DNA of 64,000 nt. Source: an uncultured Bacteroidales bacterium (lineage in GTDB: Bacteria > Bacteroidota > Bacteroidia > Bacteroidales > DTU049). Location: positions 62,864-126,863 of the forward strand of contig CAZGIW010000001.1 of assembly GCA_964526285.1 (NCBI GenBank), given 5' to 3'. Position numbers and translations under genes: made by a program. Under the pieces are notes generated by a model. It ran no database searches and was not told where the DNA came from. It was given only the letters and a program-made list of their open reading frames with translations. Below, piece after piece: positions 59,788 to 64,000 of this stretch. Numbering within the stretch: the stretch's first letter is position 1; each line of letters starts with the position of its first letter.

Positions 59788-60156
59788 TCAATGGTTAAGT
59801 AAGTCTGGGTGTCTTACAATAGCTCTATGTAATACTTTGTCCAAACATTGCTTATGAGAAAATATTGTCTGAGATTCGCCAGTGTCTTTGTCTACTATTA
59901 TTGTAAGCTGTACGGTTTTTTCAAAGGGCAAACTATCTCCACAGAAACAACACATAGCGGAATAGTCCACCGTCCAAGAATTTAAAGGAACACTAAACTC
60001 TTCGAAAGCAAACTCTTTAGCCATTTGCTCAGTTTCCTGAACGTAGTCTCTTATACATATATTTTGTTTGTCATAAATGTAAAGATAAAAACCAACTTCG
60101 GGTTTGTCCTCAACTATCGCAAATGTCAAATTATTATATTCTGCAAGTAATCTCAT
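59788..60156 (-). CDS. Hypothetical cytoplasmic protein (first cassette)
   Basis: 122 aa from ATG 60156 (MRLLAEYNNLTF...). In-frame upstream ATGs at 60186 and 60204 lie in or next to the conserved module. Contains a CCFCG...HKQC possible zinc-binding pair. Confidence 0.4.
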   Translation of the reverse strand: MRLLAEYNNLTFAIVEDKPEVGFYLYIYDKQNICIRDYVQETEQMAKEFAFEEFSVPLNSWTVDYSAMCCFCGDSLPFEKTVQLTIIVDKDTGESQTIFSHKQCLDKVLHRAIVRHPDLLNH

Positions 60157-60186
60157 GTCGCTTGTCCTTGTTTTACCATGACACAT

Positions 60187-60300
60187 AACTTTCAAGTGTT
60201 TCACTCATTCTTTCAAAAGCAAAAATAAACAAACTTTTGAATTTCAACTGAAAAATTCTTCAATTGGGAGAAAAATTATATTGAGATCAGTAATAACAGA
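60187..60300 (-). repeat. Junction module copy D (5-prime half only; tRNA-proximal array start)
   Basis: Shares with copy B the hairpin loop (TTTTCTCCCAATTGAAG), the promoter block and ATGAAACACTTG. It lacks both RYYYAAC/GTTRRRY boxes and the post-stop half. Confidence 0.6.
60220..60227 (-). promoter_or_regulatory. Bacteroidetes -7 promoter box TATTTTTG (module D)
   Basis: TAnnTTTG match 15 nt upstream of the ATG at 60204. Confidence 0.45.
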
Positions 60301-60324
60301 ATGAGAATCAGAAACAGAATGAGG

Positions 60325-60362
60325 GGAAAACAAAGAGAGAAACACATGTGTTTCTCTCTCTG
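60325..60362 (-). terminator. Rho-independent terminator downstream of tRNA-fMet
   Basis: Perfect palindrome GAGAGAAACACATGTGTTTCTCTC, followed on the minus strand by TTTGTTTT. Confidence 0.7.
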
Positions 60363-60368
60363 TTTTAG

Positions 60369-60440
<72 letters not shown>

Positions 60441-60504
60441 TTGTATTTTTTTGTACTTTTGCGTTTGCAAAGATACATATTTTTTAAACACAAACAAAAA
60501 AAAG

Positions 60505-61374
60505 ATGCATAAAGCTGGATTTGTCAGTATTATCGGGTTCCCAAATGCGGGCAAATCAACTCTGCTCAATGCTATCCTTGGAGAAAAATTGGTCATTGTC
60601 ACCCCAAAAGCTCAGACAACAAGAAAAAGAACGTTCGGAATATACAATGATGATGAATACCAAATTGTTTTTTGTGATACTCCCGGTTTTATTCCCGACC
60701 CCAGATATGAACTTCATAAAACCATGAACAATATGGTGGAAGATACATTTGGTGACGCTGATGTGATGATATATATCACAGATCCCGTTATAAAAGAAAC
60801 AGGCGAACTTGGAGAGAAACTTCGTAAAATATCATACCCCCTGCTCATTCTTATCAACAAGGCAGATACAACCAGCGCAGATGAATTGAACAACGTGGCT
60901 GCTTTTCTTGAAAAGGAATTTCCCAGCGCAACGGTGAAAACAATTTCTGCTCTTCACGGATTCAATGTGGACAGAATTGTTCCCTTCCTTAAGCAATACA
61001 TGAAAGAACATCCACCCTACTATCCCAAAGATGATTTGTCAGACAGGGATGTAAGGTTTTTTGTGTCTGAAATTATCAGAGAAAAGTTGCTCAACCTATA
61101 TTTCAGAGAAATTCCATATGCCGCCGAGGTGGTGATTGATGATTACAAAGACGACGAAAATATCAGCCGCATCAGAGCAATAATTTATGTGGAAAGAGAA
61201 ACACAGAAAATGATTGTTCTTGGAAAAGGAGGCCATGCAATAAAAAAATTGGGAATCCAGTCCAGACAAGACATTGAACGTTTTATTGGAAAAAAAGTTT
61301 TTCTTGAAATTACTGTAAAAGTATTGAAAAACTGGAGAAGTGATCCTGAAGTATTAAAAAAGCTTGGGTTTTAA
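60505..61374 (+). CDS. era: GTPase Era
   Basis: GFVSIIGFPNAGKSTLLNA G1 motif, DTPG, NKAD and a C-terminal KH domain. ATG at 60505 chosen because the ORF-track extension runs across the tRNA gene. Confidence 0.9.
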   Translation: MHKAGFVSIIGFPNAGKSTLLNAILGEKLVIVTPKAQTTRKRTFGIYNDDEYQIVFCDTPGFIPDPRYELHKTMNNMVEDTFGDADVMIYITDPVIKETGELGEKLRKISYPLLILINKADTTSADELNNVAAFLEKEFPSATVKTISALHGFNVDRIVPFLKQYMKEHPPYYPKDDLSDRDVRFFVSEIIREKLLNLYFREIPYAAEVVIDDYKDDENISRIRAIIYVERETQKMIVLGKGGHAIKKLGIQSRQDIERFIGKKVFLEITVKVLKNWRSDPEVLKKLGF

Positions 61375-61429
61375 ATTAACCCCATCTTTTGACAATGCGT
61401 AATTACAAATATTGAATTAAAGAAAAATC

Positions 61430-62734
61430 ATGAATAAAATAGTTGCAATAGTAGGCCGCCCAAATGTGGGAAAATCAACGTTTTTCAACAGAATGGTGGG
61501 ACAGAGGATTTCCATTGAGGACAGTACGTCTGGTGTAACCCGCGACCGGATTTATGGCAAGACCGATTGGAACGGTATTGAGTTTTCAATTATTGATACC
61601 GGAGGTTATGTGAGCGACTCGGAAGATTTTTTTGACAAAGCAATCCGCTCTCAGGTAGAATTTGCTCTGGAAGAAGCCGATGTAATTATCTTTATGCTTG
61701 ATGTAATTGAAGGGATAACACCATATGACCAGGATGTTGCTTCCATTTTAAGACTTTCTGAAAAACCTGTGTTTGTTGTTGCAAATAAAGCTGACAATAC
61801 ACAACGATATCACGAAGCTGCTGAGTTTTATTCTTTGGGGTTTGACAAAGTGTATCCTGTGTCGGCAACCAATGGTTCAGGAACAGGTGATTTGCTGGAT
61901 GATGTGGTGAAACATTTTTCTGCTGATGAAGAAGAAACAGAGGTTGAACTGCCACGGTTTTGCATTGTTGGCAGACCAAATGCCGGCAAATCATCTCTGC
62001 TAAATGCATTGCTGGGGCAGGAAAGAAGCATAGTTACTCCCATTGCCGGAACCACCCGCGATTCAATTCATTCCCACTACAATATGTTCGGGTTTGATTT
62101 TATGCTTGTGGACACAGCTGGTATGCGAAAACGAAGCAATGTGCATGAAGATCTTGAGTTTTATTCATATGTGAGAGCAATCAGAGCCATTGAAAACTCA
62201 GATGTATGCCTGCTGCTGATTGATGCTGAAAGAGGTGTTGAATCTCAGGATTTGAGTATTTTCAGAATTATCATGGAAAACAACAAGGGGGTTGTGGTGC
62301 TCATTAATAAATGGGACTTGATGGAAAAGGAAACCAACACAGCAAAACAATTTGAAGCAGGTGTGCGCGAACGGCTGGCTCCTTTCAAAGATGTTCCTGT
62401 TGTTTTTGTTTCTGCTTTAACAAAGCAACGTATTTTCAAAGCACTTGAAATTGCTTTTGAAGTATATAAAAATCGCACGCAGAAGATTTCCACAAGCAAA
62501 CTCAATGAAATACTGCTGCCAATAGTTCATGAAACGCCTCCGCCAATGCACAAGGGAAAAAGGGTGAAGGTGAAATATATCACACAGCTTCCAACACACT
62601 ATCCTTCATTTGTGTTTTTCTGTAATCTTCCACAATATGTGAAAGACCCCTATAAACGCTTTGTTGAAAACAAAATGCGCACAATTTTTAATTTTAAAGG
62701 CGTTTCAATAAAAATCTATTTCAGAGAAAAATAA
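61430..62734 (+). CDS. der: Ribosome-associated GTPase Der (EngA)
   Basis: Two tandem GTPase domains (GRPNVGKST ... DTGG ... NKAD; GRPNAGKSS ... DTAG ... NKWD) and a KH-like C-terminus. Confidence 0.95.
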   Translation: MNKIVAIVGRPNVGKSTFFNRMVGQRISIEDSTSGVTRDRIYGKTDWNGIEFSIIDTGGYVSDSEDFFDKAIRSQVEFALEEADVIIFMLDVIEGITPYDQDVASILRLSEKPVFVVANKADNTQRYHEAAEFYSLGFDKVYPVSATNGSGTGDLLDDVVKHFSADEEETEVELPRFCIVGRPNAGKSSLLNALLGQERSIVTPIAGTTRDSIHSHYNMFGFDFMLVDTAGMRKRSNVHEDLEFYSYVRAIRAIENSDVCLLLIDAERGVESQDLSIFRIIMENNKGVVVLINKWDLMEKETNTAKQFEAGVRERLAPFKDVPVVFVSALTKQRIFKALEIAFEVYKNRTQKISTSKLNEILLPIVHETPPPMHKGKRVKVKYITQLPTHYPSFVFFCNLPQYVKDPYKRFVENKMRTIFNFKGVSIKIYFREK

Positions 62735-63105
62735 TGAAAGTAAGGGTTGACCGGTTTTTGCATGCAGTAAGGATTTTCAAAACCAGATCTGTGTCGTCTG
62801 ATGAATGCCGGCTTGGAAAAGTGAGTGTGAACGGGTCAGAGGCCAAAGCATCACGCGAAGTACAGGCCGGTGATGAAATTACAATCCGTTTTCATGGTTT
62901 CAGCAGAACCATAAAAGTGTTGCAAATACTTGAAAAAAGGGTAGGAGCAGCGTTGGTTGAAAAATATTATGAAGACATAACCCCTGAGGATGAATTGTTG
63001 AAAAAAGACATGCTTAAACTGAACCGAAATGAGTTCAGACAAAGAGGAGCAGGTCGTCCCACCAAAAGAGAAAGAAGAGACATTGATCGCCTAAAGGGAG
63101 CCTAG
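62734..63105 (+). CDS. S4-domain RNA-binding protein (Hsp15/HslR-like)
   Basis: 123 aa. N-terminal VRVDRFLHAVRIFKTRS...V.VNG S4 motif and a basic C-terminus. Confidence 0.7.
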   Translation: MKVRVDRFLHAVRIFKTRSVSSDECRLGKVSVNGSEAKASREVQAGDEITIRFHGFSRTIKVLQILEKRVGAALVEKYYEDITPEDELLKKDMLKLNRNEFRQRGAGRPTKRERRDIDRLKGA

Positions 63106-64000
63106 CGTATCACAATCTTCTCCGTAAACAATGTTTCGTTATTGTTGTTTCTTACCACAAACAAATACATGCCTGCCGGATAGGTTGAAACATCAACAGT
63201 AAAGATATCTTTCGCCAAAACATCAACATTGGTTTTCAGAATAAACTCGGTTCCCGATGATGAAATCAGAACAAATGTTGCATTTTCAACAGCTGTGCTA
63301 ATATCAATATTGAGAATATCACTCACCGGATTGGGAGAAACATGCACCATGAATGTTTCATTGAAACCTGGGTTAACACTGATTGATTGTGAATAATGGA
63401 AGTCACCGTCAAAATCAACCTGCTTCAGTCTGTAGTAGGCAATACCATCAGGCGCATTGTTGTCTGTGAAATCATACTGAATAATTTCATTTGAGTTGCC
63501 TTGTCCGACCACTTCACCGATGTATGCAAACTCTCCGTTATCATTCAGGCGTTCAACATCAAAACGTTCATTATTTTCCTCAGAAGCTGTTTTCCATGTG
63601 AGTTCATTCACTCCCATACGTATGTGTTTTCCGGAGAAAGCAAACAACTCAACAGGAAGAGCAATACATTCTGTGCAGTTGCAATCAAATCTCCATGCCT
63701 GATTTGTTGCTGTCCATTGGGTTGGATAGTTATATCCTGCAGGAACTCGGGCTAAAGTACCGTTGTAACTGTGAAGACCAAGAATTGCAGCACCATTATT
63801 CCAGGTTGAACAAAGAGTTTTGTTTCCAATATGTACTTCAATATCATTGGTTGTTTCAAAGAGTTTAAGCTGAGATGTATATAATAAAGAGGAACAGCTG
63901 TAATAAGGAATAGCAGAATAGGTTAAAACAAATCTTCGGTTTGGCGCTGTTCCAAGCACCTGATATCTGATGGTACCTCCGGTTGCGGGATTGATGTCTT
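63102..64000 (-). CDS. Secreted protein with T9SS C-terminal sorting domain (5-prime end outside window)
   Basis: C-terminal VSPNPVSDILNIDI...GMYLFVV...EKIVIR. The frame stays open from 63959 to the window edge (no stop in 63960-63998), so the gene is truncated by the window. Confidence 0.6.
   Translation of the reverse strand, partial: DINPATGGTIRYQVLGTAPNRRFVLTYSAIPYYSCSSLLYTSQLKLFETTNDIEVHIGNKTLCSTWNNGAAILGLHSYNGTLARVPAGYNYPTQWTATNQAWRFDCNCTECIALPVELFAFSGKHIRMGVNELTWKTASEENNERFDVERLNDNGEFAYIGEVVGQGNSNEIIQYDFTDNNAPDGIAYYRLKQVDFDGDFHYSQSISVNPGFNETFMVHVSPNPVSDILNIDISTAVENATFVLISSSGTEFILKTNVDVLAKDIFTVDVSTYPAGMYLFVVRNNNNETLFTEKIVIR

Noticed and set aside
54402-60362. Calling the cassette island a canonical integron or CALIN (cluster of attC sites lacking an integron integrase)
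   Set aside because: No IntI-like integrase is in the window. The putative attC-like sites are strongly asymmetric (5 versus 21 nt spacers) and contain promoters. Copy C breaks the R/Y consensus at the outer position. I cannot run the attC covariance model. It is reported only as integron-like.

I also saw no spacer-repeat periodicity, so this is not a CRISPR array.

Overview
This 64-kb window looks like a low-GC Bacteroidota-type chromosome. The signs are many proteins ending in T9SS (type IX secretion system) C-terminal sorting domains of the VYPNPA type, TAnnTTTG -7 promoter boxes, and a cytochrome-b558/flavoprotein/Fe-S succinate dehydrogenase operon. All calls rest on motif recognition in the supplied ORF translations and reading the DNA by eye; no searches were run.

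About 50 protein genes are supportable. Most are housekeeping: nadA, rpiB, lepA, nhaC-like, queE, cysH, apt, ybeY, mnmG, rbfA, an MsbA-like ABC exporter, sdhCAB, pepP-like, rtcB, era and der. Secreted proteins and T9SS cargo proteins are interspersed. There is one initiator-type tRNA-Met. I saw no rRNA, CRISPR array, transposase or integrase.

Two accessory regions stand out.

(1) 41.2-52.0 kb: a TPR/LuxR one-component regulator, a 2270-aa LamG/CUB-like/Ig-like T9SS adhesin containing 738-bp mosaic tandem repeats, and a second T9SS protein.

(2) 54.0-60.4 kb: an AT-rich island between a CASTOR/POLLUX-like channel gene and tRNA-fMet. It holds five co-oriented cassettes of unrelated, mostly secreted small proteins, a PD-(D/E)XK nuclease-like gene and a YwqK/MORN immunity-like gene.
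- The cassettes are separated by a recurring junction module of about 170-220 bp.
- Each module pairs an imperfect inverted repeat (termini RYYYAAC ... GTTRRRY) with a complete Bacteroidetes promoter and a conserved start codon.
- This integron-like or recombinase-associated-immunity-array-like organisation, with no recombinase in the window, is the best candidate here for an undescribed system.

Other items worth a second look are a 138-bp inverted-repeat-bounded structured element at the island edge, and a CpG/GC-rich non-coding block of about 350 bp with iteron-like TAACG repeats between convergent genes at 31.7-32.0 kb.
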